This document shows positions 46,576 to 57,058 of a stretch of 64,000 nt of DNA, one piece after another; position 1 is the first letter of the stretch; every line of letters starts with the position of its first letter. The notes below the pieces were generated by a model. The model had not been told where the DNA came from and did not search any database. It saw only the letters and a list, made by a program, of their open reading frames with translations. The stretch is taken from the IMG/VR virus record IMGVR_UViG_3300045988_182948; one strand, written 5' to 3'. The position numbers and the translations under genes were made by a program. Origin of the DNA: a virus.

Positions 46576-47328
46576 TTAAATATTAAATAAATGCCCAACT
46601 ATGAGAGTTGCATTATCTTCTCCGCCTGCCTCATTAACTTTCTTTAAAACCATATCGACTCCTTCATTTATTGTTTGAGCTGTTGCTAGGATTGATATGA
46701 CTTCATCAGGTGTTATATATCTATAGATACCATCACTTGTCATTAATACAACATCATCCTCTTTTAGATTTCCTGTTAAAAGGATATCTGCAGAAACTTC
46801 TGGAAATACTCCCAATGCAGATGTTAGACGACATCTTCCAGGATGTATATAGAAATCTTTTTCTTCAATTTTACCTGCCATCAACTCTTCATATGTTTCA
46901 GAATAGACTCTATTCACTCTTTTAAACTGTCCATTTCGAATAAGCTGTATTTCCGTATTTCCAGTTGACGCTGTTAAGAAGTTAAATGATGTTTTACTGA
47001 TTACTGATATTGATAGTGAAGAATAAATATTTCTGTATTTTTCACTCATTGCGTTGATTGATAGGAATGCCTGTGAGACTACATAAAAACCGAAATCTAG
47101 AGAGTCTCTGATATCTATAATGGTTGTTTTATCATTAATGATTTTATGTAGATACTGGCTCATAATATGAATAGCGAGCTGACCTATATTAATATCTCCA
47201 GCCTGCCCACCATTACCATCAGCTACCATAAGTATATAATAATCCCCTATTTCCTCCATTAAAATTCCATCTTCCAGCTTATCAAGCTGACATTTTGCTG
47301 TATTCCCATAAAAATAAAGCTGCTTCAA
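46576..47328 (-). CDS. PP2C-family Ser/Thr protein phosphatase
   Basis: MVADGNGGQAGD, TSDGIY and GGEDNATLIV motifs. Confidence 0.7.
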   Translation of the reverse strand: MKQLYFYGNTAKCQLDKLEDGILMEEIGDYYILMVADGNGGQAGDINIGQLAIHIMSQYLHKIINDKTTIIDIRDSLDFGFYVVSQAFLSINAMSEKYRNIYSSLSISVISKTSFNFLTASTGNTEIQLIRNGQFKRVNRVYSETYEELMAGKIEEKDFYIHPGRCRLTSALGVFPEVSADILLTGNLKEDDVVLMTSDGIYRYITPDEVISILATAQTINEGVDMVLKKVNEAGGEDNATLIVGHLFNI

Positions 47329-47458
47329 TTTTAATCACCTCTTTTTTCATCGTACTCTTTTATTATATATCAATATTTGTTAAAAGAACAAATATAAAAG
47401 CATAGAGTTATGAATAAAACAAACCATGTTATAATAATGAGGTAATGGAGGTGATTAC

Positions 47459-48448
47459 ATGAAGTTTAAAAAGATTGTTATGAGTATCATGGGTATTGGA
47501 CTCTCATTAAATCTTGTAGGAGTCTCGCCTGCATATGCAACAGATAATCCTTTGAAAGATTCCCAAGAGAAGGAGCAGGAAAATTTGAAGAAAAAAGCTC
47601 AAAAAGAAGATATTTCTAATAAGGCTGACGAAAATCAACCCTTTAGCATAAAGGATGAGGCTTATTCAATCTATGCATCATCTAAAGAGTCTTTTAATAA
47701 TTTACAGATGCAATATGGCCATTTAGATGGAGACTCTCAAGCTGGTCAAGGATTTAAATCATATCTTAAGATAATAAGTGAGGATAAGGAAAATCAGCAG
47801 TTACAAGCAAGATTAAATCAAATGGCACAAGGAGATTATAGTGTGAACGTTTCTGCTGATAAATATGATTCATTGAAGGACGCTGTTGAAGGAGTGACTG
47901 ATGAACAAAAGGAATCTAATATGAATATTCAGGAGAATGAGGAGTCTAAAAGTAAGGATTCCCAGATTATAAATTCAGATGATTACAATAGTGATATAGC
48001 TTTTGGTTCGGGTTATCAGTCATATGTTCAGCAATATACCAATAAATATGAACAGAATAAAAAAGATACTCAAGATAGCTCAGAGGAGGTAACTTCGCAA
48101 CAAACCAAGGAATTTGGCAAAAGCAAGGAGAATAGTCAAAGTCAAAGTGAGAAAGATAAACAGGAAGTTGCTCAAAAAGAAAAACAGAATAAGGAGGCTA
48201 TCCAAAGAAATTACAATAAGCAATTTAATTCTCAAAAGAATGAGAATAGCCAAAGTCTTTCCAAAAACGAAAAGGCTAATGAGAAGTTTTTAGAGTCTGG
48301 AAAGAATAAAAGTATTCTTAAAAGCTATAATCAATTGAAAAATGTGATTGTTGCTTCTCAAAAGGCTGTTTCCAAGGCAGGAAAATCAGCAAGTGCATCA
48401 AAGAGTTATGAAAATAAAGTAAAAAACATAATTGCAAAATCTAATTAG
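47459..48448 (+). CDS. secreted low-complexity (Q/K/E/S-rich) protein
   Basis: Signal peptide ...SPAYATD. Compositionally biased. Confidence 0.5.
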   Translation: MKFKKIVMSIMGIGLSLNLVGVSPAYATDNPLKDSQEKEQENLKKKAQKEDISNKADENQPFSIKDEAYSIYASSKESFNNLQMQYGHLDGDSQAGQGFKSYLKIISEDKENQQLQARLNQMAQGDYSVNVSADKYDSLKDAVEGVTDEQKESNMNIQENEESKSKDSQIINSDDYNSDIAFGSGYQSYVQQYTNKYEQNKKDTQDSSEEVTSQQTKEFGKSKENSQSQSEKDKQEVAQKEKQNKEAIQRNYNKQFNSQKNENSQSLSKNEKANEKFLESGKNKSILKSYNQLKNVIVASQKAVSKAGKSASASKSYENKVKNIIAKSN

Positions 48449-48457
48449 GAGGGAAAA

Positions 48458-48910
48458 ATGAGAAAATTAATAAGAATCTTATTGGTTTTCTCTTTCTTTT
48501 TGAATATTTATGGCTGTCAGAATGTTGACAGGAAAGAAATGTTAGATTACAAAGAGATAGAGATTGCCAATCGTCATAATGATGAGGATTTAATTGATAA
48601 AGCAAAAAATATTTATACTTCGAATCTATCCAAGGCACAGGAAGATGAGGAAAGGCAGGTCGCTACAGTCAAATATTTGGATGATATTTATCAGATAGCT
48701 TCTACACGAGTAAATCTGGATTTAGATATATTATATGTTTTTTCTGAAGATTATGAAACATATATTGCTACAATGCAGGCATATTCGGAAGTATATCTTA
48801 AGGAACGTGGAGAATTAGTTAAAAATCAGTCTTTATCAAAAAAAGAAAATATTGATAAAACAAGTACAGGAAAAATGCTAAAACTTTTATATCAGGCAAT
48901 TGATGAGTAA
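48458..48910 (+). CDS. lipoprotein
   Basis: Signal peptide with lipobox LNIYGC. Confidence 0.5.
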   Translation: MRKLIRILLVFSFFLNIYGCQNVDRKEMLDYKEIEIANRHNDEDLIDKAKNIYTSNLSKAQEDEERQVATVKYLDDIYQIASTRVNLDLDILYVFSEDYETYIATMQAYSEVYLKERGELVKNQSLSKKENIDKTSTGKMLKLLYQAIDE

Positions 48911-48954
48911 GAAAAAGAGACCCAGTAGGGTCTCTTTCGTTTATATAATAGCAT

Positions 48955-49962
48955 TTAAAGTATCAATACAGTATCATTCATTTTGAAATATTCAGAACTG
49001 AGATATAACTCATCAGCATTCATGAGAACTGCATTCATGAGAAGTTTTGTGAATTTGTAAGATTCAATAGGCTTTTTGACTGTTACTTTTTTTGATATCT
49101 CAAATATTTTTTCCCCTTGCAAATAGAATATACCATCAATCACCTCAATAATGACCTTGAATGGGGCATTTGTTTTTTTATTAATAGAACTATTCTTCTT
49201 TTTTAAATTCAATTCCTTGAGCTGTTTCAGTTCTTCCAATGAAAGAACATATTCTCTTGCTTTGGCATATTCACATAAGTATGCTTCATCTGTGTCTATT
49301 AAAGGAGCTACATAAATATCATTTTTCCCCTTAAATATTAAAGTTGAGGAATGATTGCGAGTTTGGATGGATAATTCTATATTTTCATATAATCCATCAG
49401 CAAAGCTACTTATTGCCTTGCAGAGACTCTTTGAGAGATGATATGCAAGATTTTTGTTGGTGCTTGTGACACCTTCAAGTCTTAGCTGATGAATGCAATC
49501 TGTTCCCCAAAAATAAAGTTCCTTATTTTGAAGAATGAAAGTGGGATGTTGCAGGAATTTTAGATAGCTGAGACCTGTTGTCATTTCCTCTAGAATATTA
49601 AAATTTCTTAGCGTTCTGGAATGAATATTCCCTATAGCCTCACCAGTAATATCCAATATACTTAAATCCGCCTCTTTATAGGGTATTGTTATTTCTTCTA
49701 CTAAGCTTCCATTCTTTTTCATATAAATAACTATCCTATGGTTTTGAATGCCAAAGACATGCTTTGCGCCATGAATTCTCTTATATCCCTGATAAAAATC
49801 CTTTATTGTAAACATGATAGGTGCTTCAATCTTTTCTGGTAATATATGAATTTCTTTCGTTTTTGCTATGCTATCAGTTATACAGCATTTGTTATCAATA
49901 AAAATAATATCCCCTTCCCTATTCTCATAATTCTCTATAAACTTAATATTTCTCTTAATCAT
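48955..49962 (-). CDS. hypothetical protein
   Basis: 335-aa ORF. Confidence 0.4.
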   Translation of the reverse strand: MIKRNIKFIENYENREGDIIFIDNKCCITDSIAKTKEIHILPEKIEAPIMFTIKDFYQGYKRIHGAKHVFGIQNHRIVIYMKKNGSLVEEITIPYKEADLSILDITGEAIGNIHSRTLRNFNILEEMTTGLSYLKFLQHPTFILQNKELYFWGTDCIHQLRLEGVTSTNKNLAYHLSKSLCKAISSFADGLYENIELSIQTRNHSSTLIFKGKNDIYVAPLIDTDEAYLCEYAKAREYVLSLEELKQLKELNLKKKNSSINKKTNAPFKVIIEVIDGIFYLQGEKIFEISKKVTVKKPIESYKFTKLLMNAVLMNADELYLSSEYFKMNDTVLIL

Positions 49963-50300
49963 CTGACTACCTCTTTGTTTCTATATGGTCCTTTTCTTTT
50001 TGGATGAATATCCATAGAGATTGTAAAGATTGATGTCTTATCCTTGTATCGGGAAATATATTCATAGGTTTTGGAAAGAATGTTGAGAGAATCGGTGTTT
50101 ATATAAAGGCTGATATTATTGGGAATATAGATTTCATTGAATAGGTAATTTGTAAGTTCCTCATTTGTAAGAAATTCATCAAATCGGGGGTTTTGAAGAT
50201 ATAGCCAAGCAAGATATGACTGTAGGAATTCCTTATAGATATCCCCCATTTTCTCTAAATCTTTTGATTTTTTTTTCTTAGCTTGTTCTTTTAGGCTCAT
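49959..50300 (-). CDS. hypothetical protein
   Basis: 113-aa ORF, coupled to its neighbours by 4-nt overlaps. Confidence 0.4.
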   Translation of the reverse strand: MSLKEQAKKKKSKDLEKMGDIYKEFLQSYLAWLYLQNPRFDEFLTNEELTNYLFNEIYIPNNISLYINTDSLNILSKTYEYISRYKDKTSIFTISMDIHPKRKGPYRNKEVVR

Positions 50301-50881
50301 TTGCTTTCACTCCTGATAGATACATCAAGTTCTTTATTTTTTGAGATTCCTTTTCTACTATATATATCCTTGTCACGGAAAGCTTTTTTGGAAATAGATA
50401 TGTAGTCTCTCAATTTATCATCTTCAACTAGAGACGTTATGAAGTCCTTTGCATTTTCTATATTTGGCACAGTAATATATTTACATGTGACAGTTCCATA
50501 TCCCTTAAAATGTATTGATTTCTCTGTTAGCCCTTCTTTTTTTGCATCAGTCATAATCAGTTCACCAATCTCAGACTTAATACTGTCAGACGCCCCTTTT
50601 ATTCCTTTAAGTGTTTTTCTTGCTTCATTGACATATGTTGAGGATTCCTTAATTAGCGTTTTGGCTAGATTGTGTATTTCTTTATCTGTAAAGCCTCTGT
50701 CTTTTAGTGTGCTGATTGTCTCATGAAGCTCTTCAGGAAAGTCTTCACTATTCTCATAGAATGACTGAATCATTTTGTTTGCACTATCAGAATACTCATC
50801 AAAGCGTGAGATATCTTGATTTATATTTTGTAAGTCTTCTAGCCTATCTAGAATTTTTTCCTCTGTTTTATAATCTTTCAT
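50297..50881 (-). CDS. hypothetical protein
   Basis: 194-aa ORF. Confidence 0.4.
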   Translation of the reverse strand: MKDYKTEEKILDRLEDLQNINQDISRFDEYSDSANKMIQSFYENSEDFPEELHETISTLKDRGFTDKEIHNLAKTLIKESSTYVNEARKTLKGIKGASDSIKSEIGELIMTDAKKEGLTEKSIHFKGYGTVTCKYITVPNIENAKDFITSLVEDDKLRDYISISKKAFRDKDIYSRKGISKNKELDVSIRSESK

Positions 50882-51437
50882 TGTCTTCCTCCTTTACTGT
50901 AATCTTGTTTTTATCAATATCTTCATGATAACTTGCAAAGAGTGCAAAGGCATCACTGATATCTTCGTTTGGAAAAATATATCCATATTTTAATCCTAGA
51001 GTTTCTCGTACTGTTTCCTTTTTTGCGTGACCATCACCTGTTATGTTTTTTTTAATAACTGATGGTGATAAAAAGTACTGCGGAGTATCTATAAAATAGG
51101 ACATTAAGAAACCATGGAGTTTCAAGAGTGTTTGTGATGATTTCAATCTCTTAGGATAAATAAAAATTCCTTCCATATACACACCTGTAATAAAATATTG
51201 GTTTTTAAGAGTATCTAGATAGTTTTTTATGCAGCCAAACTTGAGCTTTTCAAAATCCTCAGGTTTCATTTGGAGAGGTTTTTTGATTTTTGAGAGATTT
51301 ATATCATCTAGTAATATTCTCTTACTTTTTTCTTCATAGATGACAACGCCAGTATTTGATGTTGAAGCATCTAAAAAGAGTTGAATAGATGGCTTCTTTT
51401 TTAAGAATTTCGTTTCACGTGAAACATTTTTTGTCAT
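50868..51437 (-). CDS. RuvC-like Holliday junction resolvase (tentative)
   Basis: IQLFLDASTSNTGVVIYEE (cf. LGIDPGSRVTGYGVI), MEGIF, KNITGDGHAKKETV and DISDAFALFASYH parallel the RuvC catalytic blocks. Confidence 0.45.
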   Translation of the reverse strand: MTKNVSRETKFLKKKPSIQLFLDASTSNTGVVIYEEKSKRILLDDINLSKIKKPLQMKPEDFEKLKFGCIKNYLDTLKNQYFITGVYMEGIFIYPKRLKSSQTLLKLHGFLMSYFIDTPQYFLSPSVIKKNITGDGHAKKETVRETLGLKYGYIFPNEDISDAFALFASYHEDIDKNKITVKEEDNERL

Positions 51438-51489
51438 ATTCCTAAACCTCTTCTTTAGCAGAAAAAGAGGCTTTATAGCCCCTTTTCAC

Positions 51490-52164
51490 TTAATCGATTA
51501 AACCTTCAGCTTTAAATGCTTCAACTGCTGCTTCTGTAATGGCTTTGGCTGCTTCGGTATTGAATGTTCCACAGTGTGGAGCAGCTTTCCATTCCTTATT
51601 TGCATCTTGATAGCGTCTTGATGGGAATCTTAAATGATACTTTCCATTTTCATGATGCAATTCGACATCATGCATTGCCATTTTTTCAGTTGTTACAAAT
51701 GATGCATTTCCAACGAGTGCCTCAAAAGTAGGAACATCGCGCAATGTAGGGAAACGGATAATTGTTGGGTTTTCTTCTAATGCATTTGCCATTTCATCTT
51801 TCTCTGTTTCCACAAACTTTTCTTCCACTGTATCTTCAAAAGCTTTAACTACAGCAGCTTGAACTCTATCACGAACTTCCTTAGAAATAGGATGAATATA
51901 GCTTTGAGTCTGAGTTTCTCCATTTTTATCCTGATACTTTTTATATGGGAAGAAGATTGAGAATTTGTCATCTTCTTTTTCTGTCAATGAGACATTGCCA
52001 AATAGAGGTAAGCCCTCTGTTGTTACAGAGAAGAATCCGACTAATGTTGGATTATTTTCGAATGAAACTTTTCTAGGAAAAGTTACCTCCACTGATGGAT
52101 TTTCTTTATCAGCTGTTGATTTTGAAGCTGTAGCTGCAGCTTTTTTTGCTTTAATGCTTGCCAT
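51490..52164 (-). CDS. tandem SpoVG-domain protein
   Basis: Two repeats. The first contains ...FSIFFPYKK...SYIHPISKEVRDRVQAAVVKAFED, matching the SpoVG pattern (HPI..E.R..I..AV). Confidence 0.5.
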   Translation of the reverse strand: MASIKAKKAAATASKSTADKENPSVEVTFPRKVSFENNPTLVGFFSVTTEGLPLFGNVSLTEKEDDKFSIFFPYKKYQDKNGETQTQSYIHPISKEVRDRVQAAVVKAFEDTVEEKFVETEKDEMANALEENPTIIRFPTLRDVPTFEALVGNASFVTTEKMAMHDVELHHENGKYHLRFPSRRYQDANKEWKAAPHCGTFNTEAAKAITEAAVEAFKAEGLID

Positions 52165-52278
52165 GTTTATTTCCTCCTTATGTTTCGCATAGATTTACGT
52201 ATATATTTTATCATAAATTTCATGAGTTGCGTTTTTCTGTTTGGATGTTATAAGTGTCAAAGGGGTTAGATAGCCCAT

Positions 52279-53016
52279 TTACCCTTTGTCATGAATTATC
52301 CAATGCATAATAGCTAATTCTTTTAGCACTTCCTTTCTGACAACAATGTTAATTGGCTGCTCATATAATCCACATGATAAGACTGGATAGATATTCATGC
52401 GATTCCTATTTTTGACTAACTCTCCTTTTTCATTGAACCTTGCAGCACTTTTTTGGTGTATTTCATATGCTCTTATCTTATCAACAAGTACTTCTAAATC
52501 TCCTAAATGTCTTTCAATCTCTTTTTTAAGAGTTTCTTTATTGATAAGCATTGCTTCTGTTTCAGCTACATTATCTTGTGTCATAAGAGCCTTACCTTGC
52601 CTGTAGGATGAAGCTCCAATAATCTCATGATAGACGATAAGATAGTAATCTGTTTCTACATCTGGGTTAATTAGCCAACCTTTTTGCGAAGTGTTTATAT
52701 TTCCTGAAATTTCAAAGCAGAATGTTGGAAGCTGTGAAGCAATAGACTTTATATCTACTTTGATATCCTGACCATAAAGTTGAGCAATGACGTCAATTCC
52801 TCGTAGCTGTCTATCCCTGTCCTTCACAATTTCCTGAATATTCATATCCTTAAATATATTCGTGTTTTGAAGATATTGGATAGAAGTTTCTTCAAATGCT
52901 TTATCCCCTACCCAGTTTGTTCTTTTATTTGATTGTGATGAATGGATAGACCGAGATGTCCTGTTTCCTAGATTTAGTTTGTATACGTGGTTATTTTCTC
53001 TTTTATAAAAATCCAT
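52279..53016 (-). CDS. hypothetical protein
   Basis: 245-aa ORF. Confidence 0.4.
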   Translation of the reverse strand: MDFYKRENNHVYKLNLGNRTSRSIHSSQSNKRTNWVGDKAFEETSIQYLQNTNIFKDMNIQEIVKDRDRQLRGIDVIAQLYGQDIKVDIKSIASQLPTFCFEISGNINTSQKGWLINPDVETDYYLIVYHEIIGASSYRQGKALMTQDNVAETEAMLINKETLKKEIERHLGDLEVLVDKIRAYEIHQKSAARFNEKGELVKNRNRMNIYPVLSCGLYEQPINIVVRKEVLKELAIMHWIIHDKG

Positions 53017-53037
53017 AAAGTTTCATTCCTCCTTCCT

Positions 53038-53703
53038 TTATTTTTTATCAATATTTAAGATAGGCAAATCACCATTATAGTCTTTTTTTAGATGTTCAAA
53101 GATTTGATAAAGTGCTTCAACGTCATTAATAGCTCTATGTGCGACATATTCAATACCATATAATTTTCCTAAGTCAGACTGCTGATTTGATGCAACAAGT
53201 CCTTTTTCTTTTAGCTTCATGTTTATTGCCATCTTTAGTGTGTCTAGACTCCTTTCAAATGGAAAGTTAAGTTTGAATCTCTTTGTAGCTACTTTTAACA
53301 TTCTGTTATCAAAACTATTAATATTTTGTCCAACTGCTAGACTTGTTTCTTTGCTGTTGCACCATTCAACAAACTGTTTAACTACATCATATTCTGGTGG
53401 CTTATCACTTAACATCTTATTTGTAATACCAGTAATCTCAACAATTCTTTGAGTAATAAAAATCCCTGGATTACATAGTGCTGAAAATGAGTCAACAATA
53501 GTATTATCTTCAACATAAATAGCTCCAATTTCAATGATATGGTCCTTATTAGTTAAACCTGTTGTCTCTAGGTCATACATGATATAATTGCCAAGCGTTT
53601 TATCTGTGACTTGCTGATAGATGCAAATCGGAAATCGCAGGCATCTTAAATCATTTGATTCATCCAATAGGCAACCACATATTGGACACTTGTTCTGTTT
53701 CAT
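53038..53703 (-). CDS. DEDDh 3'-5' exonuclease with an N-terminal zinc ribbon
   Basis: CPICGC...C at the N-terminus. Exo motifs MYDLETTGL and HRAINDVEAL. Confidence 0.65.
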   Translation of the reverse strand: MKQNKCPICGCLLDESNDLRCLRFPICIYQQVTDKTLGNYIMYDLETTGLTNKDHIIEIGAIYVEDNTIVDSFSALCNPGIFITQRIVEITGITNKMLSDKPPEYDVVKQFVEWCNSKETSLAVGQNINSFDNRMLKVATKRFKLNFPFERSLDTLKMAINMKLKEKGLVASNQQSDLGKLYGIEYVAHRAINDVEALYQIFEHLKKDYNGDLPILNIDKK

Positions 53704-53956
53704 CTTTATCCTCCTTTAAATAATAAGATAATTGAAATTGTATAATAGACTGTTCTTTGATGTTCCTCCTCCTTGAATTGTTTAGACAGAGTCAATATGA
53801 TGACCTTGTCTTCAACAAAAAAGATATACCTCTGCTGAGATATACCTCTTCTTCGTTCTAATATACATTCATATTGTATCATATTTTTTAGCATTGAGTA
53901 TTTATATTAATCATGAAATTATTGTTTTAAGAGAAGTGACTCGTGAAATAAAAGGG

Positions 53957-53998
53957 GTTAGTTAACCCATTGTAAAGGTCAAGGGCTATTTAACCTTT
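53957..53998. repeat. two adjacent 14-bp palindromic parS-like sites (GGGGTTAGTTAACCC; AGGGCTATTTAACCT)
   Basis: The motif GGGYTAAnTTAACCC recurs at 54719, 54743, 55977 and 58107. Confidence 0.45.
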
Positions 53999-54035
53999 TT
54001 TATAAAAATGCTCTAATTAATTTGCAGGATTTCAT

Positions 54036-54088
54036 GTTGACTTTTAAAAGGGTTCTTCTTAAGTAAATATAACACTAACTTTATATTT
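54036..54088. repeat. left arm of a ~53-bp inverted repeat (partner at 55849-55900)
   Basis: GTTGACTTTTAAAAGGGTTCTTCTTAAGTAAATATAACACTAACTTTATATTT is the reverse complement of 55849-55900 with 3 mismatches. Confidence 0.6.
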
Positions 54089-54440
54089 ATAATTATTTTT
54101 AAGAGGATTTTGGTCGTTTATTTATGGTTTTTCTTATTTCTTATTCAGAATGCATTTTATTGGATATTTTTTCAGAAAAATGCATATTTTTTCAATTTTT
54201 TGAATTAGCATTATACTATCACTATTCAACCTTTGTTAAGTATAAAGCGAGGTGGGAGGGATTTATCAGGTATCTTGAAAAACTCTTTGGATATACTACC
54301 TCCTTAACATTCTTTAAAAACTCCTCCTATACCCCTTTTATTTCATTTGAGCTTATATGCTATAGCAAGTTTTTATATAATTGCTTATATAATCTCTAAA
54401 TTTCAATTCTAAGAGACTTTTATGTGCTTGGTGGATAGTT

Positions 54441-54480
54441 GGAGGGTGTTTGCGAATAGGAGGCGGAGAGAGGGAATTAA
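54441..54480 (+). repeat. GA-rich tract (GGATAGTTGGAGGG...ATAGGAGGCGGAGAGAGGG)
   Basis: A related purine tract lies at 55676-55725 in the same orientation. Confidence 0.4.
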
Positions 54481-54715
54481 GAGCGTTTTTATATGCTTAT
54501 GCTTAAAAATATATAAATGTTGATAAAGTAATAATTGAGTAACATCTCTTAACATCCCTCAATCTCTTTTAAACTCCTTTTTTTAAATTATGTTGGACCG
54601 TGATTCGTTTCATCATCTATTGAGAATCACCTTATGAAAGGTAGCAGAAAAGCATGTAGAAAGAATTTTATATAGAGCAAGTTTTTATATTGGATATAAA
54701 AGGATTGTAGGGAGG

Positions 54716-54756
54716 GGTTAAATAGCCCTTGACCTTTGATAAAGGTTAATTAGCCT
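54716..54756. repeat. inverted copy of the paired parS-like palindromes
   Basis: GGTTAAATAGCCCTTGACCTTTGATAAAGGTTAATTAGCC matches the reverse complement of 53957-53998. Confidence 0.45.
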
Positions 54757-55068
54757 TTGTATATAAAAGAAATGACTGGCATAGGTGATAATCCTATTTA
54801 CATTCTAGTAAAAATCTAATGACATAAAAAACAGCTAGATATGGAAGGAGTTAAAGAGATTTTTGTCATGCAGATATGTGTTAGCATATAAAAGTTTCCT
54901 TTTATAATTCCTTCTATCCTCTTTTCAATTCTAAATTTTAATAGATACAAAGAATGGTAGGAGGTTTTAATGAGAGTCTGCCTGTTAAGGGGAGTAGTTG
55001 GGGTATAAAGAGAATTTTGAGAGTAGATTAAGCTTATCTAAAAAAGTATGACTTGAGTTTGAGTGGAA

Positions 55069-55097
55069 TAAAAAAAAGACTCTCGAGAGAATCTTTA
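55069..55097 (-). terminator. terminator after minus gene 55095-55499
   Basis: A8-GACTCTCGAGAGAATC on the plus strand, i.e. hairpin plus T8 on the minus strand. Confidence 0.45.
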
Positions 55098-55499
55098 CAA
55101 ACACTTTCTAAGCTGTTCAGAGAGACTTCTAAGAATTTCCTGTGGGTATCTTACAAGCATGTTTAATGAGTCAGTATAGCAAAACTGTTTAGACTGAAAT
55201 CTAAATATTATCCATGATAATCCTACTAAAAATATAAATAGTATGAGCAGCACCAGAGAAAATGCCTGAGCATTCCATTGATGAGAAATGAAGATATAGA
55301 GGAGTGTTAGGAATGTTGAAAGAGCAATACTCATCAAATAATAAGTTGAAGTTTTAAATCTTGTATAAATATCAATCTTTGTTTTCTTTCCAGTCCCTAA
55401 TAAAAACTCTATACATTCCTGCTTGATAAGAATAGTTTCTCTTAAGTTAAATTTCATATATGACACCTCTTTTTTTTGTGAGTTACGAATAGCGAACAT
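55095..55499 (-). CDS. small membrane protein (3 TM)
   Basis: 134-aa ORF inside the inverted-repeat-bounded segment. Confidence 0.35.
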   Translation of the reverse strand: MFAIRNSQKKEVSYMKFNLRETILIKQECIEFLLGTGKKTKIDIYTRFKTSTYYLMSIALSTFLTLLYIFISHQWNAQAFSLVLLILFIFLVGLSWIIFRFQSKQFCYTDSLNMLVRYPQEILRSLSEQLRKCL

Positions 55500-55675
55500 C
55501 TTTTATAGTTAGGATTATAACATAAATACTTTTGGAAATCAATAAATATATGTTGCATCAGGTAAAGTATTGCTTTAGCATAAAAACTAGGAATGTGGTT
55601 GAATCAGAAGCAAACAAAGTATTTTGGGTAAGTGAATGGAATGGGTTTTTAAGAGAAAGGAAATGAATGTTGAGA

Positions 55676-55725
55676 GGAGGATAGGGGAGTAGGGAGAAGG
55701 GAGAGAGGTAGTAGGGGATAGAAAA
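55676..55725 (+). repeat. GA-rich iteron-like tract (GGATAGGGGAGTAGGGAGAAGGGAGAGAGGTAGTAGGGGATAG)
   Basis: Direct sub-repeats of GGGAG / TAGGG. Confidence 0.4.
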
Positions 55726-55848
55726 TGCGAAATCAATAAAATCGCTTTAAAATCTTCAAAATTAAAAAATTCACCATAAAAAAGTATGATGAAATAAAAG
55801 TCCAAAAAAACGCTCAAAAACCTCTAGAAACTCCTTAAAAATAGTGGC

Positions 55849-55900
55849 AAATATAAAGTTAGTGTTATATTTGCTTAAGAAGAACTCCTTTAAAAGTCAA
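55849..55900. repeat. right arm of the ~53-bp inverted repeat
   Basis: See 54036-54088. Confidence 0.6.
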
Positions 55901-55976
55901 ACCTTATTGACTCTCAATATATAATTCTCTAAAGATATTAAAAAAATCTAAAAACTTAAAGAATTATGCTTATGTG

Positions 55977-55990
55977 GGCTAACTAACCCA
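55977..55990. promoter_or_regulatory. parS-like 14-bp palindrome GGGCTAACTAACCC upstream of parA
   Basis: About 115 nt upstream of the parA ATG. Confidence 0.45.
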
Positions 55991-56102
55991 TGAAAATAAT
56001 TTCTATTGCGGAAAAAGTCAATTCAAGTTATAATTGACTTTGATTAGAGTATCTTGGATATAAAAATTTTATTAAAAAGCAAGGAATTCAATTGAGAAGG
56101 GA

Positions 56103-57056
56103 ATGGTAGCAATGGGCAAAAACACAAAAGTAATTACACTCTATAATCAAAAAGGAGGCGTTGGTAAAACAACAACAACAATTAATCTCGCTCAAGTTCT
56201 AGGGAGTACCTTTAATAAAAAAGTATTAATTATTGATAATGATGCTCAAAACTCTCTTAGCTTTCTGGCAAATATACAAATAAGAAATAATGGAGCTGTA
56301 GAAGATGAAGATGGATTAAAGACATTAGGGTGGCTGGAACAGATGTTTCAGTTATACGGAGATGTTCCAACAGTTCGAGATATTCAGGAAACAATTATAA
56401 CTCCAACATATCAAAAATCGGAGAGAATTGAAGGAACCATTGAGTGGGATATAGTCGAGAAAAAATTTGCGTTCGATATGATTCCTGGAACTGGAAAAGA
56501 CTTATCTTTGGCTGAATTGATTTTTATCACGCCCAACGATGAACCTTTTATTCTTAAGCCAGAAAATAGAAAATTGGCGCCATATGTCTTGAAAGTTATC
56601 ATTGAGCAAATAAAGAAATACTTTGATTATGATTATATCTTAATTGACTGTCCTCCATCACTAGGTATCTTAAGTATGGGAGCTCTAGTTGCATCAGATT
56701 ATTTAATTATACCAACAACAAGTGATATGCTTTCAACGATAGGGATTCAAACAATTATAGACAATCTTAAGGAATTACACTTATATGTACCAGACTTTAA
56801 TATATTAGGGGTTTTGTTTAATTGCTATTCAGATACAAAATATGATAATGAGTTGATAGAAGATGTAAGAAATTTTGGAGACTCTCAAGGAATATCTGTA
56901 TTTGAAGTGAAAATTCCTAAGAAAAATCAAATGAGAATGGTAAGTTCTGAAGAGATTATAGCAGTTCTCAAAAACGAGAAGGCTTTTAAGAGTTATACTG
57001 AGTCAATTATTGACCTTGCTCAAGAAATTATAAAGAAAAGTGAAGGGGGAGAATAG
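56103..57056 (+). CDS. parA: ParA/Soj-family partition ATPase
   Basis: Deviant Walker [15 protein letters not shown] and IIDCPPSLG. Confidence 0.85.
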   Translation: MVAMGKNTKVITLYNQKGGVGKTTTTINLAQVLGSTFNKKVLIIDNDAQNSLSFLANIQIRNNGAVEDEDGLKTLGWLEQMFQLYGDVPTVRDIQETIITPTYQKSERIEGTIEWDIVEKKFAFDMIPGTGKDLSLAELIFITPNDEPFILKPENRKLAPYVLKVIIEQIKKYFDYDYILIDCPPSLGILSMGALVASDYLIIPTTSDMLSTIGIQTIIDNLKELHLYVPDFNILGVLFNCYSDTKYDNELIEDVRNFGDSQGISVFEVKIPKKNQMRMVSSEEIIAVLKNEKAFKSYTESIIDLAQEIIKKSEGGE

Positions 57057-57058
57057 TT

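Noticed and set aside
48955-49962. Possible DnaN-like sliding clamp for the 335-aa protein
   Set aside because: The length is roughly compatible, but I could not identify any clamp-specific motif, so it is kept as hypothetical.
54124-54399. 91-aa plus-strand ORF inside the inverted-repeat-bounded region
   Set aside because: It has no RBS, its composition is F/Y/L-rich low complexity, and it sits in a region dense with repeats and iteron-like tracts. It is probably non-coding.
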